Positions 28,901-38,070 of a stretch of 64,000 bases of DNA are shown piece after piece. The first letter of the stretch is position 1, and each line of letters starts with the position of its first letter. This stretch comes from a virus. Below the pieces are notes generated by a model. The model searched no databases. It saw nothing but the letters and a program-made list of their open reading frames with translations, and was not told the origin of the DNA. The stretch covers positions 1-64,000 of the IMG/VR virus record IMGVR_UViG_3300020469_000020. One strand, 5' to 3'. The position numbers and the translations under genes are program-made.

Positions 28901-30048
28901 AAAGATATCTCATCACGAACAGTAAACGTACCTGTACCCATATACAAACCAGTTGTATTGGCATCAACTAAATTATCTGAAGCTTCTACTGCATTTGAAT
29001 ATACCCAAGGAGTAGATACCCAACCTTTTCCTGCAGCTATGGGATCATTTTGTTGTGTATAACTTGGAACATCATTATGTCTAGTTGAAGATACATCTAC
29101 TTTAACTTCTCTAAATGCTACATTTGATGTTGTAAGTAGTTCTTGGTCGGCAGCAAAATTTTCTAACAATTTAAAACTAATATCTTTGTTAGTAACATCA
29201 ATTGTTAGTATATTTCCGGTAGGTGCTTTTAATTGAAGAAGACTATCTAAAGTATGATGTACTTTATAATAACCAGCATCTTGTACTGTTCCCTTTTGTA
29301 TAAAAAGACCGGCATCTAAAGGAGTGTAAACATCATTCTTATTTACAACTATATTTTTATCTTCAACAACAAGCTCGGTAACTTCTAGAGTTGTTTTATC
29401 TCCAAGTACAGTTAGATCACCTCTTACTATTAAATCTTCTGTTACTTCTAAATTACCTGTAATTTTTGTGTTTCCTGTTTGAACAATATCACCAACAAGT
29501 GTTAGTGTTCCTGTCATGTCCATATCAGCAGCAACAGTTACATCATTGTTAAAATATGATAAACCGTCTACTTTTAAAACACTTGAAGGATGAAATGTTG
29601 TTAGTGCATAAAAGTTTGCTAAATCTTTAAAGTCCGCTTTTCCATTAAGTACTAATGAACCATCAACCGTAACAACTGTTCCTTGAGCAAAATTTACATT
29701 ATTTCCAAATTGAGCAGGACCTTGCACACTCATTGTTACTGCAGAAGATAAACTAAATTGTGTGCTATTGATTGTTATCGGAGAATTAGTTGGAGATGAA
29801 TATGGATTACTTGAACCAAAAACCATTTGTTCAGCAAATACACTGTTTGCACCAAAACTGCCGTGTTCATTTCTATAAACAATAGTTCTTGGTTGATTGT
29901 ATGCAGTGGAGTGATTTACTTCTAACCTTATCTCATTATAATTTGCAAGCCATGATCTATGATGGTCATTAAGAGTGACATCTCTTCTTTGTGGAGGACG
30001 ATGTGGTCCACCATCTACACTTTGTGGCTTAACATTTAATACGGACAA
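25951..30048 (-). CDS. Long tail fibre protein with S74 chaperone
   Basis: TTG start with AAGGAGGT SD; GNVGFGT..P...LH repeats; 22-aa LNETTKTI repeats; C-terminal SDRNYKENI...IRGVEFDW...VGVIAQEIEEVIPE...YDKIIPLLIECIKEL. Confidence 0.88.
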   Translation of the reverse strand: MSVLNVKPQSVDGGPHRPPQRRDVTLNDHHRSWLANYNEIRLEVNHSTAYNQPRTIVYRNEHGSFGANSVFAEQMVFGSSNPYSSPTNSPITINSTQFSLSSAVTMSVQGPAQFGNNVNFAQGTVVTVDGSLVLNGKADFKDLANFYALTTFHPSSVLKVDGLSYFNNDVTVAADMDMTGTLTLVGDIVQTGNTKITGNLEVTEDLIVRGDLTVLGDKTTLEVTELVVEDKNIVVNKNDVYTPLDAGLFIQKGTVQDAGYYKVHHTLDSLLQLKAPTGNILTIDVTNKDISFKLLENFAADQELLTTSNVAFREVKVDVSSTRHNDVPSYTQQNDPIAAGKGWVSTPWVYSNAVEASDNLVDANTTGLYMGTGTFTVRDEISLVSKGKPEMFLDYHGNVGFGTRYPVSDLHLFDNEPSFTISTNNYTSNATIAFTDFSERVDDAGMYMSFDANTGCGILELTTESYNTELKISVGGHQKTPEISITDDRVNLNDDLFVYGDGYVQDNLIVDDTLYVRKHKVGVNVTTPAHELDISGTIQGDSDLILNGTEPFVLIGAVTSLEPMGRSGIAIQEDSPLIQLSTTELNYRHGSIVQFNDSVNDSNWVIGTSKNGDKLDLGKSFARTANTPEYGLDEYYGETLLRFSEDDQAEMYLQSDTSNAALTLNTRTNGIHLYLGEQNSLLTTPRSTLAYGANAPSSVVQWHGSSSTMGELSYFPNGNDDSEFGSFRFSRTDGTVNQGVPNAKVGANQFYANDKIGISQTTPTAELHITKNYSEALLETEDNDTFIKLSTNDSTSEAILKGEHTSGSSHFQLKASNPASLDLVSGTHSLKHTANNVSQEIKIDLSETTTPSSYIMKTVSGQNDLTVTRPGMTYNVNLADTNQIIKEDKQTPTMQRISEINETNKTIYLTSKSASLEKRFDLNETTKTITELNTTANLKRTSSLNETTKTIVHESNVHSIQDISTITNNDIIHRSVLAANKLYNLEIGQTENNLKLTRETSDFDVTINSNDLKLKLLNGNNNLQLHNEAVGNSSMMFTGDRFTFKRDSVALFNAYENYIDFVNPVNFKTDVLVEGALTANNGVTFPSNNPNNKIEFNLTSSEGTNNNSNTPLTNYIKWTCNTDEAEIFFASGGDANTISWGDTSETVSSSRVVTKTGDNGTEGIEFKSSTKELLFLDHQYIYGNVPIMQTHAGTLIEYENTNKWLLKDKSNNDGIYWNKGSGAYSFSSNLTEYTSTENANNQIVFTRGGVGKASVDLDTGSIRSAGDLVADNDIIGFVTSDRNYKENITDMSNALDKIDLIRGVEFDWKENPSGYHGHDVGVIAQEIEEVIPEAIRTGANGQKQVNYDKIIPLLIECIKELKQKL

Positions 30049-30058
30049 ACTTACCTCC

Positions 30059-33000
30059 TTAGTTATCTAATGCTAAAATACGAATATTTTCTGTCACTGG
30101 AATTTGTACTGGATCGGAAGATGTGAAACACACTTTTACTTGAAAGTATTTAAATCTAGAATCTTGCACAGAATCTCTACTTGTTTCAAATTCTAAAGTT
30201 TTAGCAAGATTGTTATTTGAGTATTTATCAGCAATATTTGTTTTTAATTCCATGATTTTAAACTCTTGATCATTAAATGTACTAAAATCACTAGAACTAT
30301 CTAACACACGATAATAAACAAATACTTCATTTGTCCTCTTCAATATACTATCCATTTGAACATATAATTGCATAGCTTCAAAATTATCTGCTAATGTAAC
30401 TACTGGTGAAAAATATCTATTTGAAACATTACCTGTTTTACCTTTAACAACATCAAATTCTGTTACAACATCAACTTCTATTTTACCTGATCCAAAGAAA
30501 ATTTCATTTTTAGTAATTGATGTAGGTACATTTGCTCCACTATAATTTTCAAAGACGTTTGTAGTGGTGTTAAATGTTTTTATAGATAGTGTATAATCTT
30601 TTACATGTAGTAAAAAGTTTGGATCTGAAAAGAAATTTGTAATAGTACCATTAGTGTTTACTACAAGTACACAAGTTCTAGTATTGACATTTGTAGGATC
30701 ATTTTCAGTCAATGTGATTTGTACAATATCATTTTTGCTTGCACTAATATCACTTCTTGTGATTTGTATGTTTTCCTGTTTCATTTTACCATCATCAATC
30801 AAGTGTTCAATGCTTGTGATGGATAGACGATCTAAGTCAATCATTGGAGTGAACTTATCGTTACTTGATCCTAATTTAACATTCAATTCCAAATCAGATT
30901 GAGTAAATGCTTTTCTATGACTTAAAGATTCAGTTGTGTTTTGTACAAGAGATGTATAAAGAGTATCCCTTGCTGTTTCATCAAAATTTCTTGCTTTAAA
31001 CTCGTATTTAACTGAAGTGTTTGTCAAGTCCAATGAATCTGCATTAACTCTCATTTTATCAGCTATACTACTGTAATCACTATCTGTGCTTCTTAATAAC
31101 ATTTGTTTTTCAGTAGTATCAAATATTGCTCTAAATAGTTCAATTTGAAGTACATCAGTACCATGAGGAGTTAAACTTCCCTTTGCAACATAATTTTCAA
31201 CAAATATAGTTTTATCTGGATTAGCAGTTGTATAAACATTCAGAGATTTTTCGCTTCTAAATGTTACTGCATATTCTTTATTAGCTGAAATGAAAACTGG
31301 AACATCAAAATTTATATCTACATTTCCATCTGTTGGACTAGGTATATCTGTAATTATTTCACTGAATGGTAAAACTAAAGATGGTGAAATATTGCCATTA
31401 ACAATTGGTCTTATAGTTGTTATTAATTTACCTCCTCCGATTACACCAGATATCATTTGTATTTTTGCTGTTATTTTAGAAATAAAGCATGAAGAATCTA
31501 AAACAAAGGTTTGATGTAATGGAGAAACAACTCTTGATGTGCTATTAAGTATAAATGTTTTATCGTCAATATAAGGAACTGCAGTATTTGTGTTAGAATA
31601 AAGTTTTCTTTGTATTGGTCTGATAGATTGACAATAATTTGATTTTGTTTCTAATAATCCACTTAAATAATAATGATTAGAAGCAACTGGAACATTACCA
31701 GAGTTATCTATTATTTGTACATCTAAAGAAGTGTTTGTAGGAAAATCTCCTTCACCTATTGTAAAGTCTCCACACAACACTCCCTTACTATCTACACTTG
31801 TACTTGAAACAGATGTTGAACTTACCGTACCATTTAACTCATTTATTACGGCTGAGCTTACAAATTGATTTGAACCTATATTTGTTACATAAAGATTATA
31901 TGTAGTTCCGCTTACATATTCAATATGATTTATGGTTCCATTAGCTGTACCAACACCAGATATAGTTTGAGTAATATCATAATTTGTGTACAAAGAAATA
32001 AACTGTGAAATAGATGCAGTGCTTGTAGAATTGAATACTATTACCTGACCGTTACTTTTAGTAGCAGTTGCTCCATTTACAGTCACACTGTATGTTTTTG
32101 ATGTATCTGTATCAAGCAATTGTAATACAAAACCAACTCTTTCATTTTGAGACTTTAATGATAATGTATTGTTTAATCTTTTATCATTTATAATAGTTTC
32201 AACATTATTTTTATTGTTTATTAATTTACCTGTTTTTTGTGCTAACGTAGCATTTGCTAATGTTTGAGTTTTAGTATCTACATTTACACCAGACCAAAAC
32301 TGTTCCCAATCTCCCCATTGTGTTCCAAATGCGTTATTACCTAAAGTCTTCCAATTTTTAAATTGATTGTCTTCATTCAATAATACGTTAGGTGTGAACT
32401 GTTTGCTGTACCAATTTGTACTAAATGGATGAAGTGTCAACATTCCATTTCTAAAATTTTGTATTGCATCAACTTTTGTATTAGCTGTCGTTATCGCACT
32501 CGCTAGTGTATTAGTGTTAAGTATTGGTAAGAATGCTATATTTTTATTTAATGTTGGAAAGTTAGAATTAACAGTAGCATTTGGAGAGACTTCAAGCAAT
32601 GTATTATTTGATTTAAATGCAGGAAATAATTTCATTGCTTCTAGATCAATAGAACTTGAAAATCCTTCCATACCAACTTGTGCTATACTAAATCCAGAAA
32701 ACATATCAACAATTAATCCATTTGTAAATCTTGGATCTCCACTAGGTGTTGTTAATTTTGTTTGAATAGCCTGTAATTCCAAAGCATTTAATTGAGCAAT
32801 ATCTTCTAAGTTTTCAATGCGCTTTTGAAGCTTAGAAATATCTTTCATAGTATAATTTTTATTATCAATTAATTTATAATCAACATCTGCAAAATCAAAA
32901 GTATATGCTGGAATTTTTAAGTCATATAGCTTTACATTAAAATCTGATGGTGTGTATAAATTTTCATCTGATACTTGTAATGCTATTTCAGAAGAACCAT

Positions 33001-36000
33001 CTCCTTGCAAAGCTATAACTTTATCTTTGTTTATATAATAAGTAAAATCTAAATTTACGTTTGTGCTTACAACATCGGTTACATTCTGATATTCAGGAGT
33101 AGTACCTATTGGTCTTCTTACTGGTCTAAAATCAATTACATTTCTTAAAGGAAACTTGTTATTATCTGGATCTACATAAGTTGGTATTTTTCTATAGTGT
33201 ATATTACTATAACTATCAACTGTGAAATAATGACCATCTGTAGAATCAAAGTAATCATATTCTACCTTGAAATAATAAAAATTATTTCCACCAGCTGCAG
33301 TATTAATATTTTGTATTTCTGGTAAATCAAGATATGGTTTTAAAACAATTCTTCCATGATCGTAATAAGTTTCTCTTTGTCCTGTATCTAAATCAAAATA
33401 TGATGTTAAGTCTATTAGTGGAGAAGTTTTTCCTACTCCAACTTCAACTTTTCTTATGCGATATATATCACTATGTTTTAATTCAAAACCAGTTTGATTT
33501 TGAGAATATCTAATATCATCAAACTGAAGATTACCAGTTGCATCTACATTTACTTGGAAAGCATCGGCTGCTGTTCCACTGATAGTTTTTAAAGTCTTTG
33601 TTCTTTGTGATGGAACTATAATAGGTATAACTGCATGTACAATAAATTCATCACCAACCTGAAAATTATATCCGGCATTTAGTTGAATAGTAAATTTGTG
33701 ATTTGCATCTATACTTGCTGTACTTATAGGTATAGATTCACCTTTGTAGTATTTTAGATAATTAGTACTGCTATCATATATATTTTCAGCAGCATAAACC
33801 TTTGCATTTACAGTACCTACTGTAAACGGAGCACGAAAGTTTGTATCTATATTTGCATCGATACTAGTGCCTACAGTAGCTACAGTCCATTTATTTTGAT
33901 AAAATATACTATAATCATCAACAGCAACATTCTTTACTTCACCATCTTCACTTGAAATTATTTCTGTAAATTTTTTCTGGTCCGTTGGCGCAAATGTTAA
34001 AAGATTACCAAGTGTATCTTTTCTAACATCACCATAAAATTCAGTTCCATTTAAATAAGAACCTTTTACAATTGAATCTACGTTATAATTTTGAAAGGAA
34101 AGACTTACTATATCTCCTATAGAAAAATTAGGAGGATTACTGGCGGTAACATTACTTAGAGTAAATTCTTGATTCATTCCGTCATAATCACTAACATTCC
34201 ATTTACTTCCATTATATTCAATAAACAGTCCGTTATACACATCATCTACCATACTTAATTCCAAACTAACACCTCTAATAGTTACTGTATCATTAATAAT
34301 TGTACCTATATCAGTAACATTAAATTGTTTTGGTTGTGAAGCGAGTTGAAAATGTGAATATCTAAATTGAGAAGGATCTATTACACCTATTGATTTTGCA
34401 CGAAGTGTTCCTATTTTTGTAGAATTATATTGATAAGTATAATGATTACTATGAGAAGGTTTTGTAAATGTATAATTAGTTCCTGATATAAATTTAGTGA
34501 CATCAGTGTCTATAGTAACAGTATTTGCTGCTGTACCTGCAATTGCATTTACTTTACCATAAACTTTGAAATTACTATCAAGAGCATTTGTAATTTCAAT
34601 AAAGTCACCAACATTCAAATAAGTATTATATACACCTGATCCCAATCCGAATAGTTGTAATGAGCCAATCGGTGTGTTATTTGAAATAGTGTTTCGATCA
34701 AAAGATACCACAGTGTAACTTACAGAATTTGCTTCATATGGAGTAACTGATATTTTGTCTATTTTTCTTACTGTATAGCTTATTGTGCTTCCGCCAGTAG
34801 TTTTATTTAATACATTGTGAGTAGTATTAAGTATGGGTAATCCAGATGCTGTATTTTTTGAATGTTTTATTAATTTAAATCTTGAACTTAAATTACCGCT
34901 TGTATCTGGCGATTGAATATTTTCAAAAATAGTTCCATTTATTTCAATTCTATCATTTATACTTATTGAAAGATGAGAAGCAAAACCTGTGGAAAGTTCT
35001 AATTCAATATCATATAATTCTGAATATTGAGTACAATGTAAATCAATTGATGATAATTTATCAAATTCTAAAAAATTTTGTGTGTACCTATAATTGTAGG
35101 CATCTATATCATTATTAAATTTTAAAAAATGTAAGTTAGGGGAAACGTCAGTTTCTTCTGTAAGAGTGTTTCTTGCTTTTGTATCTTCTAATCTCGTTGT
35201 GAAACTTGTTTCATATCTGTACCCTTTAACATATGCAATACCTTTACTTAAACTATAATTAAGTTTTTCTTCATCTCTTAAATCAATAGAATTATTAAGA
35301 GTAAGTAATGCCACTCCAGATGCATCATTAAAATTATCGTAGTGAATATCACTTACTTTCATTCTATTATCTGTTTCAACACTAATAACTTTTAATAGTC
35401 TATTGTAATCAATATCAGTTCCAAACATAACATAATTATCTGCAGTCAAAGAGGTATAATTACTGTTAGTACCATCAATTGTATACACACTTTCAACACT
35501 TGAAACTAATTGTATATTACTTATTACATGAGTTCCTGCTAAAGCAGTGTCAGACTCTACATTTAATTTAAAATTATCTACAACAAAATTTCCATTAATT
35601 TCATAAGTCCTTCTGGCTAAAGTTTCTCCAAGAACACTATAGATAGGATATTTTGTTCTGAATATTAAATTTCCATTTTTAAATTTAAGTAAAGGAATAA
35701 ATTTCCAGTCTGTATCAATCTGTTTATAATCTAGATCATGTTCTTTCAGGTCTAATCTTAAAACTAATCTATCTGCACCAGGTGAATTAACATTAAAAGC
35801 GTTTTCTGCAGGATCATATAACTGTGTTCCATAAGTAGCATCATTTATGTCTACTATACTCCATATAAGTTCTACACCAACTTCTTTATTTAAATTATTA
35901 ACATTATCAACAGCATAAATATATCGTTGCTTGCTTATGTTTGTAAAATATCCAGAAACGTAAAAAATACTACTATCTATATCAGCATAACTTCCTGTTT

Positions 36001-36520
36001 TTGGAGTAACGCTTCTTAGTGTTCCAATTTCAGTTAAAGCTGTTCCGGTTTTAAAATAAACTTTTACAGTGTTTGTTGTTGCTATTGCTTGTTGACTTAG
36101 AGAATCTAAAAATTTAAGTCCGATATGCGGTGGGTAAACTACTCCATTTTCTACAAAAGCTTTTTTCATCGCAATGAAAGTACCTTCTAAAACGTCAGAG
36201 TCTGTAACTGTATCTCTAAAAATAACAGTTGTAGCTTCTGAAGTAGGTGTTAATTCTGTTTTTGCATCATCTGCCAACTCATAAAGTGTGCAGTTATCAT
36301 ATTCTAAACCACCACTAGAAGTTACAAGAGAACCATCTTTAAATATATGATCGCCAAACTTTTTAATTTGCTCATTTATTATATTCTGTAAAGAGATAAG
36401 TTCTGCAGATTGTAAGGGGTATCCTGGCTTAAAAAGTATTTGTGAAAAGTTTCTACCAGGATATTTTACAAAGTATGGACTATTAGCTATATCAGGAAGT
36501 AAAGTTTTAGATTCTGCCAT
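30059..36520 (-). CDS. DUF4815 / VrlC-like large virion structural protein
   Basis: N-terminal PYF...ILFKPGYPLQSAELISLQ..QIKKFGDHIFKDGS; SPGADRL; LARRTYE.NGNF; GIAYVKGY; DTGQRETYYDHG; YTMKDI..L.KRI.NLE. Confidence 0.85.
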   Translation of the reverse strand: MAESKTLLPDIANSPYFVKYPGRNFSQILFKPGYPLQSAELISLQNIINEQIKKFGDHIFKDGSLVTSSGGLEYDNCTLYELADDAKTELTPTSEATTVIFRDTVTDSDVLEGTFIAMKKAFVENGVVYPPHIGLKFLDSLSQQAIATTNTVKVYFKTGTALTEIGTLRSVTPKTGSYADIDSSIFYVSGYFTNISKQRYIYAVDNVNNLNKEVGVELIWSIVDINDATYGTQLYDPAENAFNVNSPGADRLVLRLDLKEHDLDYKQIDTDWKFIPLLKFKNGNLIFRTKYPIYSVLGETLARRTYEINGNFVVDNFKLNVESDTALAGTHVISNIQLVSSVESVYTIDGTNSNYTSLTADNYVMFGTDIDYNRLLKVISVETDNRMKVSDIHYDNFNDASGVALLTLNNSIDLRDEEKLNYSLSKGIAYVKGYRYETSFTTRLEDTKARNTLTEETDVSPNLHFLKFNNDIDAYNYRYTQNFLEFDKLSSIDLHCTQYSELYDIELELSTGFASHLSISINDRIEINGTIFENIQSPDTSGNLSSRFKLIKHSKNTASGLPILNTTHNVLNKTTGGSTISYTVRKIDKISVTPYEANSVSYTVVSFDRNTISNNTPIGSLQLFGLGSGVYNTYLNVGDFIEITNALDSNFKVYGKVNAIAGTAANTVTIDTDVTKFISGTNYTFTKPSHSNHYTYQYNSTKIGTLRAKSIGVIDPSQFRYSHFQLASQPKQFNVTDIGTIINDTVTIRGVSLELSMVDDVYNGLFIEYNGSKWNVSDYDGMNQEFTLSNVTASNPPNFSIGDIVSLSFQNYNVDSIVKGSYLNGTEFYGDVRKDTLGNLLTFAPTDQKKFTEIISSEDGEVKNVAVDDYSIFYQNKWTVATVGTSIDANIDTNFRAPFTVGTVNAKVYAAENIYDSSTNYLKYYKGESIPISTASIDANHKFTIQLNAGYNFQVGDEFIVHAVIPIIVPSQRTKTLKTISGTAADAFQVNVDATGNLQFDDIRYSQNQTGFELKHSDIYRIRKVEVGVGKTSPLIDLTSYFDLDTGQRETYYDHGRIVLKPYLDLPEIQNINTAAGGNNFYYFKVEYDYFDSTDGHYFTVDSYSNIHYRKIPTYVDPDNNKFPLRNVIDFRPVRRPIGTTPEYQNVTDVVSTNVNLDFTYYINKDKVIALQGDGSSEIALQVSDENLYTPSDFNVKLYDLKIPAYTFDFADVDYKLIDNKNYTMKDISKLQKRIENLEDIAQLNALELQAIQTKLTTPSGDPRFTNGLIVDMFSGFSIAQVGMEGFSSSIDLEAMKLFPAFKSNNTLLEVSPNATVNSNFPTLNKNIAFLPILNTNTLASAITTANTKVDAIQNFRNGMLTLHPFSTNWYSKQFTPNVLLNEDNQFKNWKTLGNNAFGTQWGDWEQFWSGVNVDTKTQTLANATLAQKTGKLINNKNNVETIINDKRLNNTLSLKSQNERVGFVLQLLDTDTSKTYSVTVNGATATKSNGQVIVFNSTSTASISQFISLYTNYDITQTISGVGTANGTINHIEYVSGTTYNLYVTNIGSNQFVSSAVINELNGTVSSTSVSSTSVDSKGVLCGDFTIGEGDFPTNTSLDVQIIDNSGNVPVASNHYYLSGLLETKSNYCQSIRPIQRKLYSNTNTAVPYIDDKTFILNSTSRVVSPLHQTFVLDSSCFISKITAKIQMISGVIGGGKLITTIRPIVNGNISPSLVLPFSEIITDIPSPTDGNVDINFDVPVFISANKEYAVTFRSEKSLNVYTTANPDKTIFVENYVAKGSLTPHGTDVLQIELFRAIFDTTEKQMLLRSTDSDYSSIADKMRVNADSLDLTNTSVKYEFKARNFDETARDTLYTSLVQNTTESLSHRKAFTQSDLELNVKLGSSNDKFTPMIDLDRLSITSIEHLIDDGKMKQENIQITRSDISASKNDIVQITLTENDPTNVNTRTCVLVVNTNGTITNFFSDPNFLLHVKDYTLSIKTFNTTTNVFENYSGANVPTSITKNEIFFGSGKIEVDVVTEFDVVKGKTGNVSNRYFSPVVTLADNFEAMQLYVQMDSILKRTNEVFVYYRVLDSSSDFSTFNDQEFKIMELKTNIADKYSNNNLAKTLEFETSRDSVQDSRFKYFQVKVCFTSSDPVQIPVTENIRILALDN

Positions 36521-36570
36521 TTAAAATTCCTTTATTTTTCAGAATAATAATTATACTAGAGGGTTCTTTT

Positions 36571-36595
36571 TATTTATGAAAGTATTTTATAAATA
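36571..36595. promoter_or_regulatory. Divergent late promoters: CATAAATA (-, 36571-36578) and TATAAATA (+, 36588-36595)
   Basis: Located between the divergent DUF4815 and gp13 genes. Confidence 0.7.
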
Positions 36596-36637
36596 ATAGT
36601 ACAACGATTTTTTATTAATTTTAAACTATTTATACCT

Positions 36638-37516
36638 ATGTTAAAAACAAGAGAATCTTTAATTAATTGGGCATTGAGGTCATTGGGACATCCTGTTATT
36701 CAGATAAATGTTACTGCCGAACAACTTGAAGACCGTTTAGATGACTCTCTAGAGTTATTTCAAGAATATAGTCTTGGTGGTACAAATCGGGATTATATTC
36801 GTTACCAAGTTCAAGAAGAAGATATTTATAGACAATATATTCCTATTGATGGTTCTTCTGTCATAGGTATAGTAAGATTGATTCCTCTTTCAAGAGGATT
36901 ATTTGGTAATATTGATATAGTCTTCGATCCTATTTATCATTTACTAAATGCAGCAACTGACAGACAATGGGCAAGTATTAATCTTACATCATATACAATG
37001 TTTAGACAATATGCAGAAGTTTTAGATTTGATTTTAAAGCCAAAGCATAACATAAGATTTAATCGTTATCAAGATAAAATATTTGTAGATTGGAATTGGG
37101 GAACAAGAAATTATACACCTTCTAATATGTTAACTGAAAATAATCATAATCTATTAACAGAAGCTGACGATCCTGGAGATAGCGTAGACTATCAATTAAT
37201 GTATGAAGAAGAATTTGATGGTGGAGGAACGGCAGATATAGAGCCAGGTGATTTTATTATATTAGAATGTTTTAAAGTATTAGACCCTGAAGAGTATCCG
37301 GGAGTATATGGAGATCGTTGGTTAAAAGAATATTACAAAGCAAAAGTTAAATATCAATGGGGTCAAAACCTTTCTAAATATTCTGGTATGACGTTACCAG
37401 GAGGCGTTCAACTTGATGGTAATGCAATGATGTCAGATGCTCAAGCTGAACTAGATAAATTGAAAGAACAATTATACACAGATTACTCAGAGCCGTTAAC
37501 TTTCTTCATTGGTTAA
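36638..37516 (+). CDS. gp13: Neck protein gp13
   Basis: LRSLGHPVIQINVTAEQLEDRLDDSL...DRWLKEY..A.VKYQWGQNLSKYSGMTLPGGVQLDG. Confidence 0.93.
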   Translation: MLKTRESLINWALRSLGHPVIQINVTAEQLEDRLDDSLELFQEYSLGGTNRDYIRYQVQEEDIYRQYIPIDGSSVIGIVRLIPLSRGLFGNIDIVFDPIYHLLNAATDRQWASINLTSYTMFRQYAEVLDLILKPKHNIRFNRYQDKIFVDWNWGTRNYTPSNMLTENNHNLLTEADDPGDSVDYQLMYEEEFDGGGTADIEPGDFIILECFKVLDPEEYPGVYGDRWLKEYYKAKVKYQWGQNLSKYSGMTLPGGVQLDGNAMMSDAQAELDKLKEQLYTDYSEPLTFFIG

Positions 37517-37518
37517 TT

Positions 37519-37809
37519 ATGGAATTAATTAAAAACATACAAGAATCTTTTATTTTAGATAAACTAAAAAATATGGATTATGCTAAAGATTTGTATCTTG
37601 CACTCTGTAATAATGAATGGAAAAAGAAAGATTTGACAAATACATTTTCTTTTCGTGAAGCCGCTGGAATTATAGCCGAATTAAGAAATCAAGAAGAAAT
37701 TTATTTAGACTTCTATCCTGCTTTACCTGATGAAAACTACAACAGAATAGAAGGTGATGTTACTGTAGAAATAAGAACAGATTTAAAAAAGATAGATTGG
37801 TTTTTATAA
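37519..37809 (+). CDS. Conserved phage hypothetical protein
   Basis: YAKDLYLALCNN...FSFREAAGIIAELR...EGDVTVEI..DL pattern. Confidence 0.7.
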   Translation: MELIKNIQESFILDKLKNMDYAKDLYLALCNNEWKKKDLTNTFSFREAAGIIAELRNQEEIYLDFYPALPDENYNRIEGDVTVEIRTDLKKIDWFL

Positions 37810-37810
37810 C

Positions 37811-38002
37811 TCAATCTTCTAAATCTTCTTCTATTGATTCTTTTAAAGCAATTATTTGTTTTCTATAAATATCTTTGTCACCCCAAAGCATATGTCCCAT
37901 AAAACTAACAACACTACCATCGTATTCATCTTCTAATTGTTCTTTAGACATTTGTTTTTTTAAAGACATCGCCAGACCCATTTTCGTGTTCATATAATCC
38001 AT
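37811..38002 (-). CDS. Hypothetical protein
   Basis: 63 aa; GAGG SD; TATAAATA promoter at 38049-38056 on the same strand. Confidence 0.6.
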   Translation of the reverse strand: MDYMNTKMGLAMSLKKQMSKEQLEDEYDGSVVSFMGHMLWGDKDIYRKQIIALKESIEEDLED

Positions 38003-38019
38003 AATACCTCTTTTTTGAC

Positions 38020-38048
38020 TTGACTCTTAACTAAATATCTGTTACAGT
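38020..38048 (+). promoter_or_regulatory. Sigma70-type (early) promoter for the RNA ligase
   Basis: TTGACT (38020-25), N17, TACAGT (38043-48), with an extended -10 TG at 38040-41. Confidence 0.55.
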
Positions 38049-38056
38049 TATTTATA
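38049..38056 (-). promoter_or_regulatory. T4-type late promoter TATAAATA
   Basis: Exact consensus upstream of 37811..38002. Confidence 0.6.
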
Positions 38057-38070
38057 AAGTTTCAAAAAAG

